DNA of 59,013 nucleotides, counting the filler, from Sphacelaria rigidula (lineage: Eukaryota): the NCBI GenBank assembly GCA_964200075.2. It is 10 parts of 10 records of this genome, joined end to end, with 100 filler letters (N's around TTAATTAATTAA, not from the genome) between each part and the next. Parts side by side here need not be neighbours in the genome. Positions count along the whole stretch, not along the records: positions 1 to 5,812 come from CAXNAA020024268.1; positions 5,913 to 11,724 come from CAXNAA020024269.1; 8 more parts are not named here. The stretch is one strand, 5' to 3'. The notes under the pieces were generated by a model. The model searched no databases. It was not told the origin of the DNA and saw only the letters and a list, made by a program, of their open reading frames with translations. A program made the translations under genes and the position numbers. Positions 1 to 11,100 of this stretch are shown piece after piece; position 1 is the stretch's first letter, and the number at the start of each line of letters is the position of its first letter.

Positions 1-145
1 TATTGATCCACAACAAGCTTGTTCGAACAACCGTTGCTGCTTTCAACGGCGATCTGACTCGAAATTTCGAGCGACAAATGGCCCAAAATACCCCCCCCCC
101 CCGCTATCGTAGGATGACTCTCTCGGTGTCGCTAATGTGAAGGTC

Positions 146-288
146 CACACCCTAGAAAATGACCCTACATCGCACTGTCAAAAATGTACTGGGTATAGTA
201 TGAAATTTATTGTCTACTGCAAAATACGCATAAGTCAATACTGCACGCGGTACACGTTTTGCCAATGTAATCTATTATCCAGGGTGTG
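146..288. mobile_element. Short MITE, CACACCCTG-TIR family (copy 1)
   Basis: Termini CACACCCTAGAAAAT ... ATTATCCAGGGTGTG are inverted repeats. Internal sequence resembles 5178-5293 and 16671-16726. No clean TSD in this copy. Confidence 0.7.
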
Positions 289-1200
289 GAAAGGCGTACG
301 AGTCCAGTACGGGCGCTTGATGTAGTTTTTCCTTCCATGCAGTATCCGCACACGCATACACACTTGTTTCGACCCCATGCGTGAGTAGGGCTCAGTCAAG
401 ATTCGAATTTTTCAGGTCTCTTAGTTTTGGTCGGAAGCGAGAGAGTTTCGTGCGACAGAAGACCTTGTCATGGTTGTTCAGTTCGTATGAGGAGCTCGAG
501 ATGGCACCGGGTCTAGATCGATGGTGCTTTCACTCTTTGGGATCGGGAGTTCTAGACAAGCGAACGCGATTTCCGAGGTTGCGGTTTTTGCATGTCCGTC
601 TTTTGGTTTTTTCGATTTTGTGGAAAGCGACGGTGGTGTTTCATGTGGGTTGAGATTCTTTGATTTTTCCTGAGGCCAGCGAATACAAGGAGGCCTTGCA
701 TTACAACCCAGCCTAACGTTAGAATGACCTGGACGTCGTGTCGACATTTGTTGGTTCTAAGCGGGGTCAAGCGCGCGCTACGTGTGGTGATGTATCGCTG
801 TTGTGATGACTCCAGGGAAATCGTGCTGTGCACAAGTTCAGTATGATCTTTCACCGTATCTTGCGTATTTTGTTTTTTTGCCTACGGCGAAGCGGAGCGC
901 GCTGTTGACAACGATACCGGTACTGCTACAATGGGGGGGGGGAGTGGTTGGGCCAATTGTTGCACGAAGGAGCCCCCTTGAAAGTCGCTGTCGGCAGAAA
1001 TTTTCATATGAACGCTTTTGTGGTCAAAATCAAGTCCCTTTTTTGGAACCACTTCTCACCATTTCTACCCATTCAAATGCCTACCACTAGCGTGTGAGGT
1101 CGCATAATACACTCGTGACCCACGTTCCCCCTACAACCCGACAACCCCTTCACCCCCTCCCCCCACCCCTCACGACGCTTCGAGCTTGGTGATTGAGTGC

Positions 1201-1410
1201 GAGCCTGTTCCGGCGGAAACCCGGCGTGCTCCGTCCCGGCGTCGTAGGAATGCGAGGTCAATGGCTATATGACTACGGCATGCAAGAATATGAGTACACC
1301 CTCCCCCTTGTCCGGCGAAAACCTGGCATGCTCCGTCCCGGTTTCGTAGGGGTGCGGGGTCAATGATCTCGTGACTACGGAAATCAATATCATGACCTCA
1401 TCTCCCCGCT
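1201..1410 (+). repeat. Dispersed ~100-bp repeat family A, two tandem units (CCGGCGAAAACCCGGCGTGCTCCGTCCCGG...CATGAGTACACCCCCC)
   Basis: The same unit occurs at 17525-17636 (-), 17800-17975, 35470-35557 and partially at 37226-37305. Contig 3 ends and contig 7 starts inside it, consistent with high copy number. Confidence 0.85.
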
Positions 1411-2555
1411 ATCGTAGGATCAGTCGTATCTTCAGCTCGTGTCTTGCTGACTCCCGTTACCCCCTTTGCCACATGTCGTTTCTTGTGCCGCTGTGACCAT
1501 TATGGCGATGTTTGCCTCATCTGCTCTTTCTCGCAGAACGATCGCCAGCGACCAAGCGGAGCACAACTATGATGGAGCGCCCGTGAACGACGCAGCGCGA
1601 CAGGTCACTGAACATGTTTCTGTATTGGGTGTGCGCTCTTCCCGTATTTTGTGATGCCTCTGAATTCGGCTGCATGGAGTTTTGTTCTTCATCAGAGGTC
1701 CTTTCGAGGCAGCGGCGCGTAAGATGATCAAATAGTTCTCTTGGCGGAGTGCGGGCTGCCCACACATCTTGATGTGGGTTGTCAGTTTTGTGAAAATCAA
1801 TTTGTGGTTACAAGCCGTTGAGTTTCCTTGCCTTTCGCCAGTCAATGACACCCAGAAAGGCATCATACCATTTATGTTGGAAATCCCCAGAAAATTTGTC
1901 GGCAGCTGTTGGTCTAGAAGAGGGTCAGTGTTGAATCGATCGATGATGTGCACCGTCCTTCATCATGGCTCATGATCGTTTTATTTTTTCCTTTCCGCCG
2001 TTGTCGCTTGATCGTCGGTTGAGATTTGTCTATTGGGGGCGTTTCGGCATGTGGCTCAAGCGTGGTATTTTGCTGTCAAGAGCGCAGGTTGTCGTGATTG
2101 TTCTTCGTCACCCCGCCGTAGTCGTTTGGTTTTGTGGCTGTGCCTCGTTTGTCCAGGGTGTTTTGGCGCCCCTCAAGCTCACTACTTGTCAAGAACGTGA
2201 AGTTTCGTTTCAACCGCGATGTACTTATCGCCCCCTTCCCCCCCCGTTGGCCGCTGTGCCGTACGTTATACTGTAAACCATCGATACTTTGCGTATCGCC
2301 GCCTTGAATAAATGGTAATGGTGCCAATGTTTAGGTCATCGTTGGCAAAATGCTGTTTATCACCCGGGGTACGTTGGGTATCACTCCCTTCCATCGAACC
2401 ATAGTTTACTCGTCTACCTATGGCTTGGTGACTGAACTTTGATCCTATGTGGCGAAAAACTGAGAAACGGTCCACACATCCGGTGTCATGCTCCACGGTG
2501 GGTAGGTACGGGTACCGTCGCGGAGTATTATCACCCGAGGTGAATTAATGTTTCC

Positions 2556-3470
2556 AGGTTGTGTTGTGTAGGGTATGGATATGTTCGATCGGGTATCAGT
2601 TTTCACGTTGCTCATAGAACTGACGGGTATCGGTATGGAAATCTTACAAGACTTACGGAACTGTCGGGTACCGGTGTGGAAATCTAAGAGAACCTCCGGA
2701 ACCTGTCAGGTAAGGCTTTGAAGTTATATACACAACCTCACCAGCAACCGCGTATATCTGCAAGGGTATACCTGTACCCCGGGTCAGGGTAAACATTTTG
2801 TACAGATCGTTTAGACCTGTCCGGTACCGGTGCGGAAGGTTTGCAAAACTTACACAACTGTCGGGTACGGGTATGGGAGGCTTACAGAACGCACAATACC
2901 TGTCCGGTACGATTGATAAACGGGTAAATACCCTGGATATACAAAAAATCGTGAAATAGAGAACAGCATTAACTTGAAATATACCGAATTCATGCTTGCC
3001 ACACATGATGATTTATGGACTGAGTTGGGTTTGAGTTTGGTTTTCCTTTTCCCCTAAGGTTCCCCTGAGGACGAGTGAAGAGGAAAAAAAATCAAGGCTG
3101 GGTTCGGTAGGGTACGTGTATGTTCAGTACGGTACGAGATTTCTCACAGAACTTACACAACTGTTAGGTACCGGTATGGAAGTCTTTCAGGGCTTCGCAG
3201 AACCTATCGGGTGCGGTATGGAGGTTGTACAGCAGCCCTGACTCGCAAACCGGGTAATTTTATAAGGGTTTACCTGCACCCCGGGTGATGATATTTTTTT
3301 CGTTCACATCTGACATAACTATCAGTTACCGGTATGGGAGGCTTACAAAACTCTTAGAACAGCCGTGTACCGATACGAGAGGCTTACAGAGCTCACAGAA
3401 CTGTCAGGTATGGGTGATACGCGGGTAAATGCCCCGGGTACACAAAACCGTTCCCTACATAACACAACCT
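2556..3470. mobile_element. Non-autonomous TIR element with internal GGGTA/GGTAC-rich degenerate tandem repeats
   Basis: Left AGGTTGTGTTGTGTAGGG (2556-2573) and right CCCTACATAACACAACCT (3453-3470) are a 17/18 inverted match. The interior repeats units like ACTTACAGAACTGTCGGGTACCGGTATGGA. No TSD seen. Confidence 0.8.
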
Positions 3471-3946
3471 TCGAAATTCTTACCCTTGGCCGTACTCGGA
3501 AACTGCGACTCAGAGCCGCCGACAACAGTCGGGATGAACATATCTCGTATGTATCTTTCGTCAATCGGGACTGTGTTTTGCCACACGGGGCCCTTTTTCT
3601 TGTGAGTGAAATCGAGGAAAACCATCTTGTCATCCTGGGTAGTGGAACTCTGTAGCCTACCGCGGGCGGTATGCTAAGTGGGGTAGCACCCCTTGCACTC
3701 CTCCTTGCCGGTTGCCTCGAGGTGTTGACGTAATCCCAAGTCGTTCAGCATGCTGTTGCCCTCTCAGGCTACCTGCCCACCCAACGACCTGTCTGGGGGC
3801 ATTTGACAGTCAAGACCGCTTTTCGTGGCACCCCCATCACTCCCCTCTGTTATCACTTCCCCTGGGGGTGTGGTGGTGTTGTCCAAACCACCTTCACCCA
3901 GGTGGGGTGGGATTACCCAGTTTTGCGCGTGACAGGGTTGATCATG

Positions 3947-3972
3947 TGTTGTAGTAGTAGTAGCAGTTACCG

Positions 3973-4003
<31 letters not shown>

Positions 4004-4080
4004 AGTAGTAGTAGCAGTAGTAGCAGTAGTAGTAGTAGTAGTAGTAGTAGTTGTTGTTGTTGTTGTTGTTGCTGTTGTTG
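3947..4080 (+). repeat. Compound microsatellite (TAG/CAG)n-(GTT)n
   Basis: Directly visible. It explains the poly-T/Q/C/S ORFs at 3764-4239. Confidence 0.95.
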
Positions 4081-4152
4081 AGTTTCCCATTTTATTATTT
4101 GACATAACGGGTACTTGTTTCCCGGCGTTTGTTGACGTGCTTGTATAATCAG

Positions 4153-4350
4153 ACATCGGCAGCGCTGGACAGTGTAACGGAGGCAGCAGCGGCTGGAAAG
4201 CTGTACGCCCCGTCTCGCGCTACGATGTCGTCCAATCATGACGAAGATGATACCGAAGGGTTTATGGGGGACAGCTGCGATGTATACAGTGATGACGAGG
4301 GGGCAGCGGAAGGATTTTGGAGCGGCGCAGGAACAGGGACAGAGGGAGAG
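4153..4350 (+). CDS. Candidate internal exon, acidic low-complexity peptide (TSAALDSV...GTGTEGE); host gene unknown
   Basis: Acceptor CAG ends at 4152 and donor GT is at 4351. 198 nt, open, phase 0/0, and joins in frame with 4859-4915. Confidence 0.4.
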
Positions 4351-4858
4351 GTAAAAATAGTCATACTACAGGGTGTTACCTCCGTAGTGGTACGACGTGG
4401 TCGCCTACTGGTACGCGTTTTTGCGGACTTTCTCCTCTCCGAGTCATGTGTTATGTATATATTTCGTCGAGGGGACAGTACGGACTACAGCTCGCCGCTA
4501 CAGGGAGATGCCGCCCGCCAAAAAATCATATTTGTTACCCTTTGTTTCCCGTGAACGCTTCTATCTTTGGACCGCGGGGCTGGGCAAAAGGGCTCATGCG
4601 ATTATCAAAAATATGGCAACCGACTTCAACGGTACTTCTCGTTGCGCAGAATTATTTGGTCTTGGTGTTCGTTTTTAGTGTCGAGACGATACACGACCGG
4701 CCCATCACAGAATCGCACTGCCCCGTGCTTGGACTGAGATGGCGGTAAATGGTGGGCTATCGGCATGGTTTGATGGGACTTGGCGATGCCGTTCATTTAT
4801 GCCGTTCATTTTTTCCGTCTCTGCTTCCCGTTGTTGTATGCCTACTTGCTTGGAAAAG

Positions 4859-4915
4859 GGCGAAGCGACGGAGGGAGACGACACGGGGGGTGACTTCACG
4901 GAAGGAGATGCAGAG
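4859..4915 (+). CDS. Candidate small exon (GEATEGDDTGGDFTEGDAE), possibly the same gene as 4153-4350
   Basis: Pyrimidine-rich stretch, AG ending at 4858, donor GTGGGT at 4916. 57 nt, phase 0/0, with TEG(D/E) motifs like those of the upstream exon. Confidence 0.35.
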
Positions 4916-5177
4916 GTGGGTTCTTCCGGTTATCTTATTCGTTATTATCCATTGTTTTGGATACGTTCATGTTGTGGATAATGACCACGGCTGGATCATG
5001 GCCCCTGGAGGATCAGTTGATGTGCGACAAATCAATCAGAATGTGTTTTTTTCCATTGTAGAACATGACGATTATTCTAAAATCATGTGCAAATTAATAA
5101 CCATTATTGGAAAAACATGAGAGCCTTGATTGATCATCGCCAGATGCTCGGACTGTGACGTGAATCTTAAATCTCAC

Positions 5178-5293
5178 CACACCCTGTAAAAAAAGGCACT
5201 GCGTATCGACTATTGCTTCTATTGCCATAGAGAATGGATTCCGCACTGTACGCTGTACACTTCTTGACAATGTAATCCGTTGTCCAGGGTGTG
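5178..5293. mobile_element. MITE, CACACCCTG-TIR family, with a perfect 8-bp TSD (hAT- or P-type signature)
   Basis: CACACCCTG ... CAGGGTGTG flanked by AATCTCAC at 5170-5177 and 5294-5301. Confidence 0.85.
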
Positions 5294-5765
5294 AATCTCA
5301 CACACGTTTGGTCTCTAGGCTCTTCCGACGATGGCGATGTTGATGTCGCTGTGAGCGTTTCGTTGTTTCGATGTTTGACACGGATACTTGGTGGTGTAGT
5401 GTTTCTTTTATGTCGACATTTGGTGTCACATGTTCCTGCATGTTGATACGGACGTCGCTGATGATGTCGATGTCGACGACAGACGTTCCTTGTTTCCGTG
5501 GAGATGGTAGTAGGCATCGTTCGATGTTGCGATGTTTTTCCGTTGCGTGTTCATGTTATTCGATACATGTTGACGGTGAAGTCGCCGATGATCATGCTCA
5601 TGATGGTTTCGGGGATGTCGTTGTCGACGTGCAGTCCGTCACTGTTTTGTTCCTCCCAAAGATGGTGACGCCATCATATCCCACCGCTGCCCTCTGGTTA
5701 TATAAAAAAAATGTACTTCCTCCGTCACATTAGTTAGCTTGCTTAACCCTTTTGGGACCGGACCC

Positions 5766-5797
5766 CCACTAACACAGGGTTGACCCTGTGTTAGTGG
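5766..5797. repeat. Perfect 15-bp inverted repeat with a 2-nt loop, near the contig end
   Basis: CCACTAACACAGGGT-TG-ACCCTGTGTTAGTGG. Confidence 0.9.
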
Positions 5798-5812
5798 AAT
5801 AATAAAAAATAA

Positions 5813-5912
5813 NNNNNNNNNNNNNNNNNNNNNNNNNNNNNNNNNNNNNNNNNNNNTTAATTAATTAANNNNNNNNNNNNNNNNNNNNNNNNNNNNNNNN
5901 NNNNNNNNNNNN
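5813..5912. other. Artificial 100-bp contig spacer (44 N + TTAATTAATTAA + 44 N). Identical spacers at 11725-11824, 17637-17736, 23548-23647, 29459-29558, 35370-35469, 41281-41380, 47192-47291 and 53103-53202
   Basis: Nine identical spacers, each with a six-frame-stop linker. The intervening segments are 5812, 5812, 5812 and then 5811 bp, i.e. contigs sorted by length. Confidence 0.98.
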
Positions 5913-5983
5913 TGATGTGCCCACATATACCGAAAGGTGTAGACTGGTGCCCAGAACAAATGGGACGACAACACCACACACAC
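5913..5983 (-). repeat. Fragment of a dispersed repeat, also present at ~43550-43625 (+)
   Basis: Reverse complement GTCGTCCCATTTGTTCTGGGCACCAGTCTACACCTTTCGGTATATGTGGGCACATCA resembles GTTGTCCCATCTATTCTGGACGCCGGTCTCTACCTTTCGGTATATGTGGGCGCACCA. Confidence 0.75.
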
Positions 5984-7183
5984 AGTGATCAACCAGCACT
6001 ATAGAGTTAAGCAAATGCTGACAACAACTGGAGACTGCCGTTCGCTTGTATCATGGCGCTTCTCACCGGGACTATTGTGTTTGATCATATCATCTGCGGT
6101 GCGGCTCAAGCCAGGAGAGGTAAAATGTTCAGGAAGATGTTCACTGAGATATTCAATCTTCATAGTAATGAAGAGAGCAGAATATGTGCGTTTTCACCAC
6201 CCGGCCATAAGTTAGCAAGGGCATCACGTGACAAAGCAAATAATCACCCATCATAATGCGCGCTGGGTGATGCGCGCTGGGAGCGACGCACTCGTGCTCA
6301 CGCGTACGACGACACAAAGGTAATCAAGGTACGGAGACCACTGTCATGGTTTCCACCGCGCTTGGGTAAGGTGAAGAGACGCAAGCAGCCGAATCATTGA
6401 AAATTATCAATGTACTCTTGACCAGGTACCCCGCAAAAATAACTGCGATATACAATGCTGCTCAGGCGAAGATTTCAATTCTGCCGCGTACGTACGAAAT
6501 GAGTGAAGTGTAATTCGTTGCCTCAAGCAACAGCGGGCAAGAGCTATGCTTCTATCATGAAACGCGTGCAGAACTCCACATGCCTTACCATCAATTGATG
6601 AGATTATCATCCCAGAATCATAGACCGAACAATGCACAATAGAGCAAGAGGAATGATAGCCTGAACCGGAAGCCACAAAAAATTGCACTTGCGAAAAAGA
6701 TGCTTCAAGATAAGACAGCTGCTCAGGCGGGAGTTTACGTTCGTCGTGCGTACTGCTGTAATGAGCGGAGATTGTAAATACCCGCCAATGACGCGAATCA
6801 ATGGGCCCATATCCATATCAATAACAGTATGGTCTCGGATATTGTATGCCGACTGAGACTCAACCGAAATATGAATTGATACATGAGCTGAGGCTACGAG
6901 ATGAACCTCAAGACTAAGGTCTATCCCGGGGTGCTTGCACCACTTGAAGATGCGTGTTCACAACGTTAGCGTGGCGATATCGCTCACAGCGTGACTTCGG
7001 AGGTGGCTATGCGCTAGTCCTGTGCGCGATGCCATTTGAGTAAAGTAAAACGGCGTGCCACCCACGCAGTTCGATTCGATGCCCTTACAGTTCAGAGTCA
7101 GAATCTCCAGCTATTGTTGATTGAGCAGGAAGCGCGGAGTTGATGTCGGAAGGCATGAGTCTCTACACGTTGTATCCGTTAAA

Positions 7184-7610
7184 TGCAACAGCTGCACGCA
7201 CGATGCTTGACGCGTGATACAGCTGACAGGAGCAATGTAGCGCTGTATGCACTCATTATGTTGCACACTGTATTGTTACACGTGAACGTCGCCCCGGTTA
7301 AATGCACTATGCCCCACATAATTACCGTCCGCTAATGCGCGACACTGGCACATTGGGCCGGTGTTACATCGAATGTTGCCAGAGATTGTTGGCACTGCTC
7401 GTTGTCTCCTTTACGTGCAACACAGCCGCGCGCACAATTTTTGACGCGTGATACAGCTGGCAGGAGCAACGTGGCGCTGGCTACACCCATCGGCAAAAAT
7501 TGTATTGTTGTACGTGAACGCCGCACCGGTTAAATGAACTATGCATCGCCGAATTGCTGTCCACTAATGCGCGACACTGGCCCAGCCGGTCGGTGTTTCC
7601 TCGAACGTCA
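7184..7610 (+). repeat. Diverged tandem duplication, period ~230 bp
   Basis: TTGACGCGTGATACAGCTG.CAGGAGCAA, ACGTGAACG, CCGGTTAAATG and CTAATGCGCGACACTGGC each occur twice, ~230 bp apart. Confidence 0.85.
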
Positions 7611-9003
7611 TCAGATTTTAGTGGCAGCGATGGGGCGAAGAACCGAAACAATCAGGGAGGTATTCGCACCAAGCAACTGCTGATGTGAGCTGTTGATAGG
7701 AAGTAATGAGCGCCGATGTATGCGTTACACACCAAGCCTGCTGTTATACCCTCCCGTTTGGTTTTAGCGGGAACACCGAGATGCCGCACCTCACTTCATG
7801 CTTTGAGTGACACAAGTGCTACTTCGAGCAAGAGCCGGATCCAGTAGTATGGATTGTTTAGACAGGTCCCGAATGAAGATGCTTGGATCTTTATACCGCT
7901 GCACCGGTTGTCAAATCCACCCCACCCAACAGCTGCGGTGCGCTCGGTGATAGCCGCGCGATGTAGCTTCTAGGAGCAACGTTGTGCTTTCTTTAGCCAT
8001 CATGTTACGGTTACGGTGAGATACCTGTGAATCTGCGATAGGGCTCGGACGAAACAGGGATCACAGGAAACAATAAAACAAAATGAGGGTATCTTCACCA
8101 GTACGGTTAAATTATTCCAAAATGAGGGGTGGTGATGTCAAATTAATCCTCTCCGCAGACTGTACTGACTGTCGCGACTTCAGTACAGTACAGGTGCCCA
8201 ACGCACGGCACTAGCACGACAGAACGTTATTCGTCTCACCGAAAATGAATGAGTCCACATACCAACGAAGTTTTAAATAGAAGTGCAGACAGCACTGCGT
8301 GCGACTAAGATTGGTTTCGGTAGGGATGAACACAACAACAGAATCACTGCTCATGCAATCCAAAACAGTGTTCGTGATTCGTGAATGTACCGCACCAGAA
8401 CGGACAAGAAAAGCTTCGACACCGGAGAGGGCTTGAAGGCTTTTGCTGTGAGACAGTAGGCAAACCAGATGTTCCATAGTTTAGTCCTCCGGCTGATTGT
8501 GGAAGGGTCTTCAAATTGAAGCCAACGCCAAGTGAACACTCCACTACTTCTCTCTATTCACCTTGGGTTATCCGGATCGGTTTTGGGAATGTTGACGGGA
8601 GGTGCGAGCTTCACACGCTAATTAAGCAGACTCGGGCCTGGTACATCTCCGGTATGCCGATTTCTGTACACCAGGCGGTCAGACCTCTGTCAATTACCCC
8701 ACACTTGCATCTGGGCAAACTGATTTTGTACACAGTACCATACCCATGTTATCACACGGTAATTGAGTGACTGAGCTGTATTAAAATGCACTGAAATTCG
8801 GTACTGCTGCTTCTGTATAGCTTTACGACAAATACTGTAGCGCATCGAGGCGGGAGTCAGGTTGTGGTGACGTTACATCAGCCGTTCACCGACGCCAGCC
8901 ATGCTTGAAAGGCCGTACTTCAAAACCTGACATGTTGACTGTGATGCGGCTTCACAACGCCGCCGCGTACAGTTACTCGCCAGGTACATGCAGGTTCACA
9001 GTG

Positions 9004-9345
9004 CTACCGCGTGTCTGGTCGTGGGTCTACTGCCGGGTCCCATGGCACCGGTCGATTGTCGCTGCAGAGTGCCATAACTGCCTGTTTCAGGTCATTTCTG
9101 GTTAGGCCTAGTTGACGACCTGCGGCGAATTTCAGGATATCTTCGATGGAATATTCTTCCTCCGTCGATAGTACAATGCGTGGGCCAACCCTGCTAGCTG
9201 TGCTCACGCTACCACTGACACGCCTCTGCAGCGAAGCAAGGGAGATATCCAAGGCCTCAACAGCAGCGTGGAAGGTCATGTGACCGCTGCGTACCACTTC
9301 TACGGCCTCTGCTGCACGTTCTGGGTCCACCCTTGATCTCTGCAT
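9004..9345 (-). pseudogene. Truncated pogo/Fot1-type transposase N-terminus (psq-type HTH followed by a CENP-B/Tc5-type HTH)
   Basis: AAEAVEVVRSGHMTFHAAVEALDISLASLQRRVSG ... GPRIVLSTEEEYSIEDILKFAAGRQLGLTRNDLKQAV fits the tandem HTH pattern of pogo-family transposases. No DDE domain is recognisable downstream. Confidence 0.7.
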
Positions 9346-9949
9346 ACCTAGCAGCGGATTGACCAAAAGCTGATTTTGGAGAAAGACACTCACGCGCTCA
9401 TTCGCAGTGCTGTGGGATGATGGTTTCTGATGCTATAGGCACGTGCAGTAGCTCAAACGAAGCGTTGTGCTCTTGTACGCACGCAGCAATAAACAGAATG
9501 GAAAACAATCAATGATTCGCGGAGTTATGGACGATTGAAAAAAAGGGTCCGTGATTGGTACTATTCCGAAATAGGGACGTTTACTCTACACTATATCCTG
9601 TGCTGGAAAAGTGAGCATGCGGGCAGTCAATAAAGGAAACATATTTTTACTGCATGGCCCTGATTCGTAACCCTCGCGGTCAAAGGATGAACATTCAAAC
9701 ATTTCACAGGAACCGTAGGTTTGATACCGTACCGAACGTACGCCCGGTATTTACCGGTGTATCCCATTCCGTGGTATGCGTGGGTATCGTAGGTATGAGT
9801 TCGAAAATAAACAGCGTATCCTGAAAAATGAGGTCGATCTCAAAAATGAGGATCAGGTGGTATGTCTTTTTTGCAGGGATGACACGAAACAGTGACACAG
9901 AGTGAGACCGTCTTCCCCCCCCAAACTCTGCACCAGTGAATCATCCGTT

Positions 9950-11100
9950 AACAGCCTGGATCCGATTTTGAGGTCCAACATCTGGGAGAGGTTGAAGCGG
10001 TCATCGAAATTGCATTCATTTTGTCCAGTAGGCTCGGGGTGCGCAAGCAGCTTCGGTCATGGCACTTGTGCCAGAAGCTTTTGCATGGCAGCCCAAGCAT
10101 GATGAGGAGTTGAAAAAAAAAATCACCGTCAGGGTGCGGCGGTTTTTCAACAGGACGAAGAAGCGCTACGGAACACGTAACAAGGTATGCTGAGAACATA
10201 CTTCTTTGGACTAGTCACCGAGTTTTCGAGCGCCCCTTGTTGAGTATAAGAGAGACTGCATACTGTTGCGCCGGCGACGACCGCCGTCAGCGAAACACTC
10301 CAATACGGCGACAAACGCCAGCAATCTTTGGAACGCAGCATCATTCAGTAGTCTGCTGAGATACACCATCGCCAGAGTACAGCATCACTACGGTACAGTC
10401 GTCAGTTGGACAAAATGGATGCCCTACAAAAACGCTGCACACACACAACGGGGGTTCAGGTTAGTCCCACGCTTAGGGTTGTTTCGCCAGTAGCGCCCAT
10501 AAGGGGTGCTTCATCAAGTCTGAACGAGCTATTGCGCCTTGTGTGGCCACTTCCGCCGTGGCTGTGTTGAGAACTGGTTTCGGGGTGTGGTTGTCGGAGG
10601 ATACTGTAGTGCAGCGCGCTTGTAAAATCCGAGCCGTCTTTTTCTTATTTGGAACCCACATCAGCGGTAGTTTGAATATCTCTTCTCTCGGTCCCAAAGA
10701 GTTTGAATATCTCGCTTCCCTATCCCCCAGCCAGGCATCGATGAACGAGGAAAGACTTTTACAGGCGGATACAACACAAATGGGGGCCCGGAGAAGTTTC
10801 TTTCCATCAATATATATGTATTCCAAGCTGCAAAGCGTTCCATGCGCATTGTTTTCTAATACGACCGGTAACTTGTCAATTGCTGTTCCGTTGTTCGAGC
10901 ACTGTCCGATGCCGATCCCGGAAACGTTTCGTATTGTTGTTCGATAGTTTTTTAGGATGTTTGACTGGACCCGAAGCGGCCACCTTCCCTCAGGTTTTCA
11001 GAACCGCTTCAATTTTGTGGATACAGTTAAAAAAAAAAAACTCTCTAGCTTTCACAGGTCTTGCGACTTCGATGCCGCTGGTTACCGTGATCACGTCCTC
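9950..11100 (-). pseudogene. Possible decayed archaeo-eukaryotic primase (PrimPol/UL52-like) gene
   Basis: Interrupted frames carry EYIYIDGKKLLRAPIC (loosely like DxxVYxxxxxLRxP) and, further 3', C...H...KSFWHKCHDRSC (like the PrimPol Zn-finger QKCHDPxC). Several stops and frameshifts. Confidence 0.3.

Noticed and set aside
1517..1953. Cys/His-rich minus-strand ORF as a His-Cys box endonuclease remnant
   Set aside because: The key SHLC/HL motifs are absent, so the resemblance is too weak without a profile search.
3764..4239. Poly-Thr/Gln/Cys ORFs
   Set aside because: They are translations of a microsatellite.
5857..5868. TTAATTAATTAA as a biological motif, and ORFs running into N-runs
   Set aside because: It is a synthetic linker; ORFs ending in ...XLIN are artefacts.
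7561..7620. Hammerhead ribozyme core on the minus strand (CTGATGA...GAAA-CAC...GTG-TC)
   Set aside because: Stem II has only one pair, stem I cannot form, and the paralogous tandem copy lacks the core nucleotides.
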